Positions 18,160-27,099 of a stretch of DNA of 64,000 nt are shown one piece after another (within the stretch, counting starts at the first letter, position 1; each line of letters begins with the position of its first letter). Source of the stretch: an uncultured Prevotellaceae bacterium (GTDB lineage: Bacteria; Bacteroidota; Bacteroidia; Bacteroidales; Bacteroidaceae); contig CAMWJL010000001.1 of NCBI GenBank assembly GCA_947174565.1, positions 3,946 through 67,945 on the forward strand, written 5' to 3'. The position numbers and the translations under genes are program-made. The notes below the pieces were generated by a model. The model saw only the letters and a program-made list of their open reading frames with translations. It was not told the origin of the DNA and made no database searches.

Positions 18160-19076
18160 TTCTTAATTCTGTTCCAATAAGTGTTTTGGCTGGCATTGAT
18201 AGAAGAAACGATGTCATAGACCTCCTGCTTCTCCTTCTCCGTCCCATGCCCTGAATAGATGTTGACAATCTCGTCGCGCTTGAAGTCCGTATAAATCTGA
18301 GGCAGCTGCGACAGCGGCTTGTTGCTATGTGCCTCCTTCAGCAGCTCCAACGCCTCGGTGACAGCCACCCTGCCACGGTCGGCATTCTGCGACATCTCGT
18401 CTAACCCCTGCCGATAGTACTTATACTGCATCTGCCGCAGGGGTTCGAGCGACGACTCCATATAGTCATTGATGATGGCATGCCTGTTCTTCGAGTCTTG
18501 GAACGCCTTCCAACCCGTGCTGCCCATGCCTTGCGCGTTATTGACAATGCTCTCCACTACATGCAGCACCTCCGTTCCGCCCAGCGGAGAGAAGGTGTCC
18601 AGGTCCATGCCGATAAACAGATAGGCATAATAGGCAAGCATGGCGGTCAGGTTGTCATCCAGATTGTTGATGTTGAACTCCAGCGGGTCATGCTCCTTGT
18701 ATGTGAAGGAAAAGTCAGCGTCCTTCATCGAAAAGACGGTCGTATTGTAAGCCGAATTGAAGACAGGACGCGACACTTGGAACAGCAGTTCCCCCGTGAA
18801 CGCATTGTTCGCCTCGTCATACTTCTTAATCGTGATGTTCATGCTGCAATCAATCCGTTCCGACTTCTGAAACTGGAGGTCGGTCCACTCACGGTTGTTC
18901 ATAAACTCCGTGATGGCACTCTCGAGCGTCTCAAACACGCTCTTGTTCGTGCCCTGCACCTGCGAGTGAATCACCTTGACCGTACAATTCAGCTCCTGCG
19001 CCACCGCATCGACGACACGAAACGAACACAAGAAGCCACCCAAGAGGCAAAGGAGAAAACGGCTGATTTTACACAT
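18156..19076 (-). CDS. DUF4835 family protein
   Basis: Start chosen at MCKISRFLLCLLGGFLCS (signal peptide). Its position next to recN (4-bp overlap) fits the usual DUF4835 context in Bacteroidota. Confidence 0.6.
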   Translation of the reverse strand: MCKISRFLLCLLGGFLCSFRVVDAVAQELNCTVKVIHSQVQGTNKSVFETLESAITEFMNNREWTDLQFQKSERIDCSMNITIKKYDEANNAFTGELLFQVSRPVFNSAYNTTVFSMKDADFSFTYKEHDPLEFNINNLDDNLTAMLAYYAYLFIGMDLDTFSPLGGTEVLHVVESIVNNAQGMGSTGWKAFQDSKNRHAIINDYMESSLEPLRQMQYKYYRQGLDEMSQNADRGRVAVTEALELLKEAHSNKPLSQLPQIYTDFKRDEIVNIYSGHGTEKEKQEVYDIVSSINASQNTYWNRIKK

Positions 19077-19203
19077 CACACTTTCTTTTTTTCGGACACA
19101 AAAGTATAGCTTTCTGCCGACATAGCCAAATAATCTCCCACCAAATTCGGGATGAGTCCCCAATACCCTCCCCATTTCTCTCGCTTCCGACCTCTCACCG
19201 CCC

Positions 19204-19332
19204 ACCCCTCAAAAAACGCTCAAAAATCGGAGTCCCCGACATCGACCAATCGGAGTCCCCGACTCCGACCGACCGATGTCGGGGACTCCGATTTAGAGGC
19301 CGTGAAAGCACCCTGCACGCAGAAGCGTCTCA
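19204..19332 (+). repeat. Nested-palindromic MITE/REP-like element, copy A (full length)
   Basis: Left arm ACCCCTCAAAAAACGCTCAAAAATCG. The core is built from GGAGTC-CCC-GAC(A/T)(T/C)C units (19224-19299). Right arm GATTTAGAGGCCGTGAAAGCAC..GAAGCGTCTCA. Homologous to copies B, C and D. Confidence 0.85.
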
Positions 19333-19459
19333 AGCCTGTATGACACCTGCCGCCCGAGGCAAGCAGAGATACCCCTCCACCGACAAAGATTCATCGGCAC
19401 TTTCGGCTGTTTAGCATACGATAACGACAAAAAAACGGGCAATTAACAAAGATTAACAT

Positions 19460-19467
19460 GGGGGGGG
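19460..19467 (+). repeat. G8 homopolymer (T-G8-TAG module), intergenic, upstream of the three-gene membrane cluster
   Basis: acATGGGGGGGGTAGaa. The tract ends 21 nt upstream of a TAccTTTG box at 19489-19496. It also opens a 16-codon mini-ORF (19458-19508). Confidence 0.9.
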
Positions 19468-19488
19468 TAGAAACAAAGGCTAAACCCG

Positions 19489-19496
19489 TACCTTTG
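19489..19496 (+). promoter_or_regulatory. Candidate Bacteroidota -7 promoter box (TAccTTTG) for the 19601 cluster
   Basis: Exact match to TAnnTTTG, 105 nt upstream of the ATG at 19601. There is no TTTG at -33; the G8 tract occupies that position. Confidence 0.35.
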
Positions 19497-19600
19497 CCGT
19501 CGCAATGACTTAAAGAGATACAATGGTGGGATAAAGGGTTCGGCCCAATCTGCGTATCGCCCAACCCCAATAATAACCAAACGAACCCGAAAAAAGCATT

Positions 19601-20038
19601 ATGTCAAAATTAAAATCAGGCGTCATCTTAGACACAGATGAAAACCTCGTCGTCGAACTGGAAGCGGAACTGTGGGCAAGCAGCCAGAACCCCATCGCCA
19701 AACTGATTGGCACCGTAACCCGTTTAATCAACCTGCTGCTCGGCTTCAAGCGTCGAGGCTACATCGTCATCACCGACAAACGCGTCATCGAGGTAACTCA
19801 GTACATCTCATTATGGGTGTTCAACACAGGCAAGGGCGTGAAGTATGTGCTCCCCAGCAGTGTGAAGGAAGTCGGCTACACGAAAGAGGGAACGTGCCTT
19901 GGCTGCTTCTGCCAGGCCTACAGCCTCTACTACGATTCATTCACACAGCGCACCTCTGTGTTGCTCCCAGTGTCTTCCGAAGCTGAGACCAAGAAGATTG
20001 TCGATGCGTTCTACAACGCCATCAGCAAAAATCAATAA
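19601..20038 (+). CDS. Hypothetical protein, possibly a bacterial PH-like fold
   Basis: 145 aa. RRGYIVITDKRVIEV ... VLPSSVKEVGY resembles bPH-domain patterns. It is the first gene of a tightly packed trio. Confidence 0.5.
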   Translation: MSKLKSGVILDTDENLVVELEAELWASSQNPIAKLIGTVTRLINLLLGFKRRGYIVITDKRVIEVTQYISLWVFNTGKGVKYVLPSSVKEVGYTKEGTCLGCFCQAYSLYYDSFTQRTSVLLPVSSEAETKKIVDAFYNAISKNQ

Positions 20039-20041
20039 AGA

Positions 20042-20482
20042 ATGTCGGAACAAACCATCTCGACATTCTCTCGATACCTTTATCTGAACAGCTATGCCTT
20101 TCTCCTGCTTGCCATGGGAACAGGCATAGCTTTCATTCCACTCTACCGAATCAGTTGGTGGCTCTTGATTCCGCAGGCACTGGGAGCAATCCCCTGTCTG
20201 AAAGGGGCTTACAGCATCTTCTCCTCGTGGGAGGACAAGAAACGGAAATACCACATGCTGATGGAACGCAACCGCACCGAATTGCGCCCAGACACATTCA
20301 CGGAGTTCATGCAAGCACCATGTGGACGACTGCTGAGCCGAGTGGTGCTGGCTGACCTTGGACGCAGCGATGCGTATCCGACGCTGAAACGCCTGACGCA
20401 GAAGCCCCTGCGGAAACGCCTGCAAGAAGGGTGCAAGCCACAAAAGACTATTATCTACACGAACGAAAACTACCTACCATGA
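20042..20482 (+). CDS. Hypothetical membrane protein
   Basis: 146 aa with two N-terminal hydrophobic helices. It starts 4 nt after the previous stop. Confidence 0.5.
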   Translation: MSEQTISTFSRYLYLNSYAFLLLAMGTGIAFIPLYRISWWLLIPQALGAIPCLKGAYSIFSSWEDKKRKYHMLMERNRTELRPDTFTEFMQAPCGRLLSRVVLADLGRSDAYPTLKRLTQKPLRKRLQEGCKPQKTIIYTNENYLP

Positions 20483-21123
20483 GTATCTTTATCATCATCC
20501 TGTTCACCATCATCATCTTAGCGTGCGCCTATCTGATTCTGCGCTACTTGGTCATCCCGATGCCAAAGTCGTCGGAAAAGACACTGCTCTTCATCGCCAC
20601 CGTCGTCGGAACGCTCCTGTTCAGCACCTTACTCATCCTCGCCACGTTCATCCCCAGCCAAGTCAACGCATTCATCGACGACGGCATAGCCAAAGTGGAA
20701 GAGAATATCAACACCATTTCTCCTGACTACATCCACGAGGAACAAGACCCGACAAAACTAAAGGAGTTTCTCTCTAACTACAAACAGATTCAAGCAGGGC
20801 TTGAATCGAACGACGGCGCGCAGCTCCTGACCGAGCTGATAGGCGTAAACACATATATCAAGTATCTGAACTTCTTCACATCCAGCATCGACACCAACTT
20901 GCGGGAGATGGAAGAAGAACACATCCCGTTCACTATCCACAACATCTTCATGCGTGTACAAGAGAAAAGCCAGGATAGCGTCTTGGAGATAACACGAACA
21001 ATAGAGATTGCGATTCTGATTATTACACTCCTCTTCTTCATCGTCGTCGTGAGTGCTTATTTCCTCCTCAAGCACGACATGTCAGACGATGGGAAAGTCA
21101 TCATCGTAGGAGAAACCAACTAA
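20479..21123 (+). CDS. Hypothetical membrane protein
   Basis: Start at MSIFIIILF, an ATGA overlap with the previous stop. It has two N-terminal TM helices and one C-terminal TM helix flanking a helical domain. Confidence 0.5.
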   Translation: MSIFIIILFTIIILACAYLILRYLVIPMPKSSEKTLLFIATVVGTLLFSTLLILATFIPSQVNAFIDDGIAKVEENINTISPDYIHEEQDPTKLKEFLSNYKQIQAGLESNDGAQLLTELIGVNTYIKYLNFFTSSIDTNLREMEEEHIPFTIHNIFMRVQEKSQDSVLEITRTIEIAILIITLLFFIVVVSAYFLLKHDMSDDGKVIIVGETN

Positions 21124-21130
21124 ACAAAAA

Positions 21131-21169
21131 AGGCTTTCCCCACAGATACATCTGCGGCATGGAAAGCCT
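21131..21169. terminator. Bidirectional hairpin between the convergent membrane cluster and coaBC
   Basis: AGGCTTTCC (21131-21139) pairs with GGAAAGCCT (21161-21169), with an inner CCACAGAT/ATCTGCGG sub-stem. Confidence 0.6.
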
Positions 21170-21172
21170 CTC

Positions 21173-22372
21173 CTATCCCTGTTGCACCAGGCGGTCGATA
21201 ATGTCTTTAGCCACCTCCGTCTTGGGCTTCAACGCATACTCCGTCTTGCCCTGTGGGGTGATAATGGTAATTTGATTGGTGTCGGTTTGGAAACCAGCGC
21301 CTTTATTTTTTAGGCTATTCAGCACGATGAAGTCGAAGTTCTTCTTCTTCAGCTTCGACTGGGCGTTGCTCTCTTCGTTGTTGGTTTCAAGGGCAAAACC
21401 CACTAATTTCTGCCCCGCCTGTTTCATCTTGCCCAATGCCGCTGCAATGTCAGGATTGGGCTTCAAGCGAATCACCAAGTCATCCGCTGTGCGCTTCATC
21501 TTCTCCATCGCCACCGCCTCGGGAGCATAATCAGCGACGGCAGCACACAACACCGCTGATGTCATCGACGGGAAACGCTCCTTGCATACCTCATACATCT
21601 GTTGAGCACTCTCCACGTTGATACGATGGATGTTGGGATGCTCCGTCTGCATGGCTGCCGACACAGGACCACACACCAATGTCACGTCTGCCCCCCGACG
21701 GGCACACTCCTCTGCAAGGGCAAAGCCCATCTTCCCCGAAGAGTAGTTGCCGATGAAGCGAACAGGGTCGATTTTCTCATAAGTAGGACCTGCGGTTATC
21801 AAGATGCACTCTCCCTCAAGGTCGCACTGCTTGGCAAAGAACGCCTCCAGCGCAGCCACAATGTTCTCAGGCTCTTCCATGCGCCCCTTTCCTTCCAGTT
21901 TGGAAGCCAAGAACCCCGTACCAGGCTCAATGACGTGGTTGCCGTATGACTGCAATGTCTGCAAATTCTTCTGTGTCGAGGGATGGGCATACATATCCAA
22001 GTCCATCGCAGGGGCGATGAACACAGGGGCTTTCATGGAAAGGTAGGTAGTGATGAGCATATTGTCGGCGATGCCGTTCGCCATCTTGCCGATGGTCGAT
22101 GCCGTGGCAGGCGCAATCAACATGGCATCAGCCCAAAGCCCAAGATTTACATGCGAGTGCCATGTTCCATCGCGCTGTGAGAAGAACTCACTGATGACGG
22201 GCTTGCAGGTCAGTGCCGATAGCGTGATGGGCGTGATGAACTCCTTACCCGCAGGGGTGATGACCACCTGCACTTCCGCCCCCTTCTTTATCAACTGACG
22301 GATAATCAGGCACGACTTGTAAGCTGCGATGCTGCCAGTGATGCCAAGCACTATCTTCTTACCTTTCAACAT
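21173..22372 (-). CDS. coaBC: Bifunctional phosphopantothenoylcysteine decarboxylase / phosphopantothenate-cysteine ligase
   Basis: 399 aa. LGITGSIAAYK flavoprotein N-terminal domain plus a CoaB C-terminal domain. Confidence 0.9.
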   Translation of the reverse strand: MLKGKKIVLGITGSIAAYKSCLIIRQLIKKGAEVQVVITPAGKEFITPITLSALTCKPVISEFFSQRDGTWHSHVNLGLWADAMLIAPATASTIGKMANGIADNMLITTYLSMKAPVFIAPAMDLDMYAHPSTQKNLQTLQSYGNHVIEPGTGFLASKLEGKGRMEEPENIVAALEAFFAKQCDLEGECILITAGPTYEKIDPVRFIGNYSSGKMGFALAEECARRGADVTLVCGPVSAAMQTEHPNIHRINVESAQQMYEVCKERFPSMTSAVLCAAVADYAPEAVAMEKMKRTADDLVIRLKPNPDIAAALGKMKQAGQKLVGFALETNNEESNAQSKLKKKNFDFIVLNSLKNKGAGFQTDTNQITIITPQGKTEYALKPKTEVAKDIIDRLVQQG

Positions 22373-22393
22373 AGTTACCTCCGCTCAATATGG

Positions 22394-23170
22394 TTACTTA
22401 CGCGACTTGGATGCCAAATACAACTTAGTCAGCACTTGCTTGGTGTTTTGGGCAAAGTCGCCCTGCATCATCCACGCATAATAGCTGGGGTCAAGACGGC
22501 GAAGCACATCCACCACAGGCTTACCCTTATGCTTCCCGAAGTTAAAGATTGCCACACCCTTCTCATCGCGGATGATACGACCTGCAAAGTCAACATTGTT
22601 GTTCATCTTGCTGTACTCTGCCAGAAAACCTACATCGTTCTTCAAATCAGACGGGTATCTATCCAACTGCGCCTCCAGCACCTCTAATGTCGCACGCGTG
22701 TCAGCCAACGCCGAATGGGCGTTCTCCAAGTCCTTTTCACAATAATATTTATAGGCAGCTACCAGCGTCCTGCGTTCCAACTTGTGATAAATGTTCTGCA
22801 CATCTATACACTTGCGCTTCGACACATCGAAGTCCATGCCTTGACGCAAGAACTCCTCGCACAGCAAGGGGATGTCAAACCGATTGGAGTTGAAGCCAGC
22901 CAAGTCACACCCTTGAAAGGTCTTGAACAGCTCGGAGGCGATGTCCTTGAATGTCGGGCAATCGACCACATCTGCATCATATATGCCATGCACCTCCGAC
23001 GATTTCGGCGGAATAGGCATGCAGGGATTGATGCGCATGGACTTCGACTCTTCATTGCCGTTCGGAAAAACTTTGATGTAGCAAAGTTCCACAATGCGGT
23101 CCTTTGCTACATCAACGCCCGTCGTCTCCAAATCGAAGAATATGAGTGGGTTCTGTAAGTTCAGTTTCAT
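22394..23170 (-). CDS. 3'-5' exonuclease, DnaQ/epsilon-like
   Basis: FFDLETTG (ExoI), FNSNRFDIPLL (ExoII) and HSALADTRAT (ExoIII). Confidence 0.85.
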   Translation of the reverse strand: MKLNLQNPLIFFDLETTGVDVAKDRIVELCYIKVFPNGNEESKSMRINPCMPIPPKSSEVHGIYDADVVDCPTFKDIASELFKTFQGCDLAGFNSNRFDIPLLCEEFLRQGMDFDVSKRKCIDVQNIYHKLERRTLVAAYKYYCEKDLENAHSALADTRATLEVLEAQLDRYPSDLKNDVGFLAEYSKMNNNVDFAGRIIRDEKGVAIFNFGKHKGKPVVDVLRRLDPSYYAWMMQGDFAQNTKQVLTKLYLASKSRK

Positions 23171-23172
23171 TA

Positions 23173-24297
23173 TCAGTCTTTCAGCATCATGGGCATCAAC
23201 AGCATGATGAGATCCTCGTTCTCCTCTTGCTCTGCTGGCGTGATGACACCAGCCCTACTTGGGTCAGCAAGTTCGAGAACCACATCATTACTTGTGATAC
23301 TGTTCAACACATCGAGCAAGAACGGACCATTGAAGCCTATGCTCATTGCCATTCCGTCATACTCACACATGATGTGCTCCTCTGCCGAAGTGGAGAAGTC
23401 CAAGTCCTGTGCCGATACGGTCAGCGTGCCGCGATCCACATGAATCTTAATCAACGCACTGCTTTGACTGGCGAAGACACTGACACGACGCAAAGCACTG
23501 ATGAAAGCCATGCGGTCAGCTGTCACACGGAAAGGATTATCCGTAGGAATCACTGAGTTATAGTTGGGGTATCGTCCTTCTATCAGGCGGCAGCTAATCA
23601 CATAGTCCGTCATCTGCAGTTCTGCGTTGCGGTCGTCAAAGCGCACCACCACGTCTCCGTCTGCCTTTGGAAGCACCGTCTTCAGCAACAAAGCCGGCTT
23701 CTTGGGCAGAATGAAGGCTGAAGGTTCGTCAGCATGAACGGAAAGCACCCGATTGCGCACCAACTTGTGTCCATCGCTGGCTACAAACGTGATGTTCTCA
23801 GGGGTCATGTCGAAATATACACCATTCATTTGCGGACGAAGCTCGTCATCGGCTGCGGCAAAAAGGCATCGCGTGATGCCGTCCAGCATCACCTGCGCAT
23901 CAATCGCAATGTGGCGAGACCCATCGCTTTTGCCTGTTGGCTCGGGAAACTCATAGCCGTTCTGTCCAATCAGGTTATACTTACCATTCTGATAGTTAAT
24001 CTCAATGGCGAATGTATCAGGATTCACATTGAACGTGATGGGCTGCTCTGATATTTCCTTGACTGAACTAATCAGCTGTTTAGCACCGATGGCAAACTTT
24101 CCTTCCCCATCAGCATCCATCACATCGAGCGTCGTCACCATCGTGGTTTCGCTATCGGACGCCGTCATCTTCAACACGTTGCCTGAAAGCTCAAACAGAA
24201 TGCAGTCGAGGATAGGCAAAGCGTTCTTTGAGCTTTGCACTCTGCTTATTGTCTGCAGACGATTGCTGAGACTTGTACTTGAAATATTGAATCTCAT
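23173..24297 (-). CDS. dnaN: DNA polymerase III subunit beta (sliding clamp)
   Basis: 374 aa with a three-domain clamp pattern. The N-terminus MRFNISSTSLSNRLQTISRV..LPILDCILFE is typical. Confidence 0.9.
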   Translation of the reverse strand: MRFNISSTSLSNRLQTISRVQSSKNALPILDCILFELSGNVLKMTASDSETTMVTTLDVMDADGEGKFAIGAKQLISSVKEISEQPITFNVNPDTFAIEINYQNGKYNLIGQNGYEFPEPTGKSDGSRHIAIDAQVMLDGITRCLFAAADDELRPQMNGVYFDMTPENITFVASDGHKLVRNRVLSVHADEPSAFILPKKPALLLKTVLPKADGDVVVRFDDRNAELQMTDYVISCRLIEGRYPNYNSVIPTDNPFRVTADRMAFISALRRVSVFASQSSALIKIHVDRGTLTVSAQDLDFSTSAEEHIMCEYDGMAMSIGFNGPFLLDVLNSITSNDVVLELADPSRAGVITPAEQEENEDLIMLLMPMMLKD

Positions 24298-24337
24298 TGT
24301 CGAAAATATTTATTTGAACACAAAGTTAAAGAGAAGT

Positions 24338-24368
24338 TTTGAGAAAACAAAAAAAAAGCGTACTTTTG
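24338..24368 (+). promoter_or_regulatory. Canonical Bacteroidota promoter (TTTG-N19-TActTTTG) for the DUF3127 gene
   Basis: TTTG at 24338-24341 and TActTTTG at 24361-24368. The spacer contains an A9 run (24349-24357). The ATG lies at 24410. Confidence 0.55.
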
Positions 24369-24409
24369 TGGCTGATTTTAGTGTATTGTACAATAATAAA
24401 CGACAAAAT

Positions 24410-24817
24410 ATGGAATTTACAGGAAGAATCATCAAGGCGATGGAGCCAAGAGGTGGTGTGTCAGCCAGAACTGGCAATCCATGGAAAATGCAGGACTTCG
24501 TGATAGAAGAGACGATGGGACAGTTCCCCAAAAGAATGGTCTTTAACGTCTTTGGCGAGGATAATCTGAATCGTTTCAACATACAGGAAGGTCAGGAGCT
24601 GACCGTTTCCTTCGACATCAACGCACGCGAATTTAATGGTCGTTGGTACAACGATGTGCGTGTGTGGAACGTCGTTGCCGCTCAACCAGCCGCTGCGCCA
24701 GCTGCACAGCCTGTAGCAGCAACTGCGGCTGCGCCATTCCCCCCTGCGCAACCAGCCGCACCAGCCCCAAACGCTTTTGAGGCTGCACCCGACGAATCGA
24801 GCGACCTGCCCTTCTAA
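24410..24817 (+). CDS. DUF3127 domain-containing protein
   Basis: MEFTGRIIKAMEPRGGVSARTGNPWKMQDFVIEE..FNVFGEDNL matches the DUF3127 pattern. The tail is Ala/Pro-rich. Confidence 0.75.
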   Translation: MEFTGRIIKAMEPRGGVSARTGNPWKMQDFVIEETMGQFPKRMVFNVFGEDNLNRFNIQEGQELTVSFDINAREFNGRWYNDVRVWNVVAAQPAAAPAAQPVAATAAAPFPPAQPAAPAPNAFEAAPDESSDLPF

Positions 24818-24840
24818 GCAAGTCATCGCCACGACTAATA

Positions 24841-24884
24841 CAACAGCCCCCGAACCTCTGCGGAAGAAGGTTCGGGGGCTGTTG
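24841..24884. terminator. Bidirectional terminator between convergent genes
   Basis: 17-bp stem: CAACAGCCCCCGAACCT (24841-24857) pairs with AGGTTCGGGGGCTGTTG (24868-24884). Confidence 0.75.
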
Positions 24885-24896
24885 CTATGTTAGGGG

Positions 24897-26240
24897 TTAT
24901 TCCCAATAGAGGATTTCGCGGTTAATGTTCCACTTGTGGTCCTTGGGGAAGTCATCGCCCTCCCATGCCTTCTTGCTGGTCCACTTCTCGGCAGGGTCGG
25001 TCCAGAAGGGGTCGGTGGCTGGCAAGCCGAGGGGCATGAACGCCAGCGAGGTCATGTAGAGCGAGCCATTGTTGGTGTACCAGTCGGCTACATTGGGGTG
25101 TGAACCCACAAAGCCAATGGTCAAGAAGCCACCTTCATTGTAGTTGTGGCTCTTTTGTTTGGCGTTCTGCAAGGGGTTCTCCACCTGTCCATAGAACATA
25201 CGGTTAGCGACAGCCGTGATGGCGGCACGCACTTGACCATTGTGCAGTTCCTGTGGCAACTCCTTGCGCCACGCCAGCTGGGCAAGCGGCTGGAGTACTG
25301 CCATGCGGTAAGGGATGCTTCGTCCCACCACGGGGAAAGTGCCTTCGGGAGAGATGAAACGCTCCAAGATGACAGCCCACTTCTGCATGCGCTTGCGAAC
25401 TTCCTTCACACGGTTGTTGGCGGTGTTGCGCTTGCCATCGGTGGCACGGATGAGGTAGCCGTTACCTCCCTGACGGGCACTAATCATCTCCAAGCACTCC
25501 AAGTACATGGGCTGGATGACAAACGAGTTATAATAGTCGAATGCGAATGAGGGACCATCGCTGTAGATGCCATCGCCGATATACCATTCTTCCACCTTGC
25601 TCATGGCGGTCTTGATGCGGAAAGCGTCGTAATCCGCCCCGACATACATCAGGAAAGATTCTTCCATGCCCACAAAGAGGAACCAGTTGGTGTAAGGTGG
25701 GTCATAGCGACGCAAGCCCTTGATTTCCTTGATGTAGAGGTCCTTCGTTTCCTGAGGCAGTGGCACCCAAAGTGAGTCATAGCCACGATAGAGTCCCTCT
25801 ACCACATAAGCACCATCCACCAAGGTCTGACCGCCATTTTCCCAGCCGAGGCGGTCGGGCGACTTGGGGTCAACGGCATTGATGATGGCCTTGCGCGTCC
25901 ATTCACGCAGTTGCTTGCGCTTTGCACACTCGGGCGTGTCGTCGTCCGGGAGGTTGAGCCAAGGTGCCAATCCTGCCAACAAGCGACCGAAGGCTTCCAT
26001 GTAAGCCACCTTCTTGTCACGATTGTCCCATGTGGGAGAAAGTTCCAAATTGGTGCAACCACCGACCGTGTCCATCACCTGCTGCAACTTTCCTTCTGCC
26101 ATGTTGCGCATCACTGGCTCTGCCATCTGATACATGATGTCCACCCACACCTCGCGGTCGGTCTTCTGTTTGTTTTTCGGTGCGGCAAACAGACCCATGC
26201 TGATGCACACCAAGAGCATTGTTAAAGTTAATTTCTTCAT
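24897..26240 (-). CDS. Secreted DUF2264-like protein
   Basis: 447 aa with signal peptide MKKLTLTMLLVCISMGLFA. The family assignment is from memory of its conserved blocks and is tentative. Confidence 0.5.
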   Translation of the reverse strand: MKKLTLTMLLVCISMGLFAAPKNKQKTDREVWVDIMYQMAEPVMRNMAEGKLQQVMDTVGGCTNLELSPTWDNRDKKVAYMEAFGRLLAGLAPWLNLPDDDTPECAKRKQLREWTRKAIINAVDPKSPDRLGWENGGQTLVDGAYVVEGLYRGYDSLWVPLPQETKDLYIKEIKGLRRYDPPYTNWFLFVGMEESFLMYVGADYDAFRIKTAMSKVEEWYIGDGIYSDGPSFAFDYYNSFVIQPMYLECLEMISARQGGNGYLIRATDGKRNTANNRVKEVRKRMQKWAVILERFISPEGTFPVVGRSIPYRMAVLQPLAQLAWRKELPQELHNGQVRAAITAVANRMFYGQVENPLQNAKQKSHNYNEGGFLTIGFVGSHPNVADWYTNNGSLYMTSLAFMPLGLPATDPFWTDPAEKWTSKKAWEGDDFPKDHKWNINREILYWE

Positions 26241-26302
26241 AAATAGGTTATTGTTATAAGGTTATTCTGTCTTCGTCATGCTGTTCTGCCCGACGGGCAT
26301 CA

Positions 26303-26893
26303 TCAATTATACCGTTCAAATTCTGTCATGAAGTCGCCATTCATCAAGACGAGGCTGTCGGATGTCAACTGCATGATTTCAAACGTATCCACCACGGCAG
26401 GGGCTTCATCGCCGATTCGTTTGGGCACATGGAGGAGCAGCTGCCCTGCTTTCACCTCCCACGAGTCGTAATCGACCGACATATTGTAGGTCGTCGCCCT
26501 GCCCCCTGAGTCCAGTTCCAAGCTCTGCTCGCGCCCGTCAGCCCCGCGTTGCGCCCAAAGGTGTTGGAGCGAGGTGAGGTTGACGGCAAGAGAGGCAAAG
26601 ATGTCGTCGTCCGAGATGTTGTATATCACCTCCACCTCATCGCCTACGCGGACACCGCCCATCACGGCCTGTACGGGCACATTGATGTAGATGGTGTCAC
26701 CGCTGTCACTGACAAATTCCATCACATTCATGCTGGAGCCTTCGCCAATGGTGCCGTGCGCCTCCACGATGCTGGGCATTTCTTCCAATGCGCGTATCTC
26801 CACAGGCGGTTTGGGCAGCTCCTTCTTCTTCTCCTCGCAGGAAAAGAGACCAAGCGCAACGAACGCTATCAGAGCGATTGAAATTTTCTTCAT
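26303..26893 (-). CDS. Hypothetical lipoprotein
   Basis: 196 aa. Lipobox in MKKISIALIAFVALGLFSC. Confidence 0.6.
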   Translation of the reverse strand: MKKISIALIAFVALGLFSCEEKKKELPKPPVEIRALEEMPSIVEAHGTIGEGSSMNVMEFVSDSGDTIYINVPVQAVMGGVRVGDEVEVIYNISDDDIFASLAVNLTSLQHLWAQRGADGREQSLELDSGGRATTYNMSVDYDSWEVKAGQLLLHVPKRIGDEAPAVVDTFEIMQLTSDSLVLMNGDFMTEFERYN

Positions 26894-27099
26894 GGTGATA
26901 GTTTATGACTTGATGTTGCAAAGATAGCACATATTTTCTCGCCAGCGTCACTTTTTCTGAAAAGTTTTTCACGCCACACCTCACTTTCCACCTTTCCCTC
27001 CATTCTGCACTCCGCCTTTCCGTCCATTAACGGGGCGAAACCACACCCACATACCGACACCCTGCGCATGCTTAATCGCGCACCCTGCACAAAATATTA

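Noticed and set aside
19152-19343. Short ORFs with recurring SPTPTDRCPRLR/PDSDWSESGTS peptides (also 37670-37974, 56688-56906 and 62506-62742)
   Set aside because: They arise from translating the palindromic MITE copies in different frames and strands. There is no start context, and the peptide similarity is simply nucleotide repeat identity.
23173-24410. Replication origin next to dnaN
   Set aside because: I saw no cluster of TTATCCACA-like DnaA boxes in the dnaN flanks. The 24298-24409 spacer is explained by a canonical promoter. The only near-match (GGTGGATAA at about 9581) lies inside lepB.
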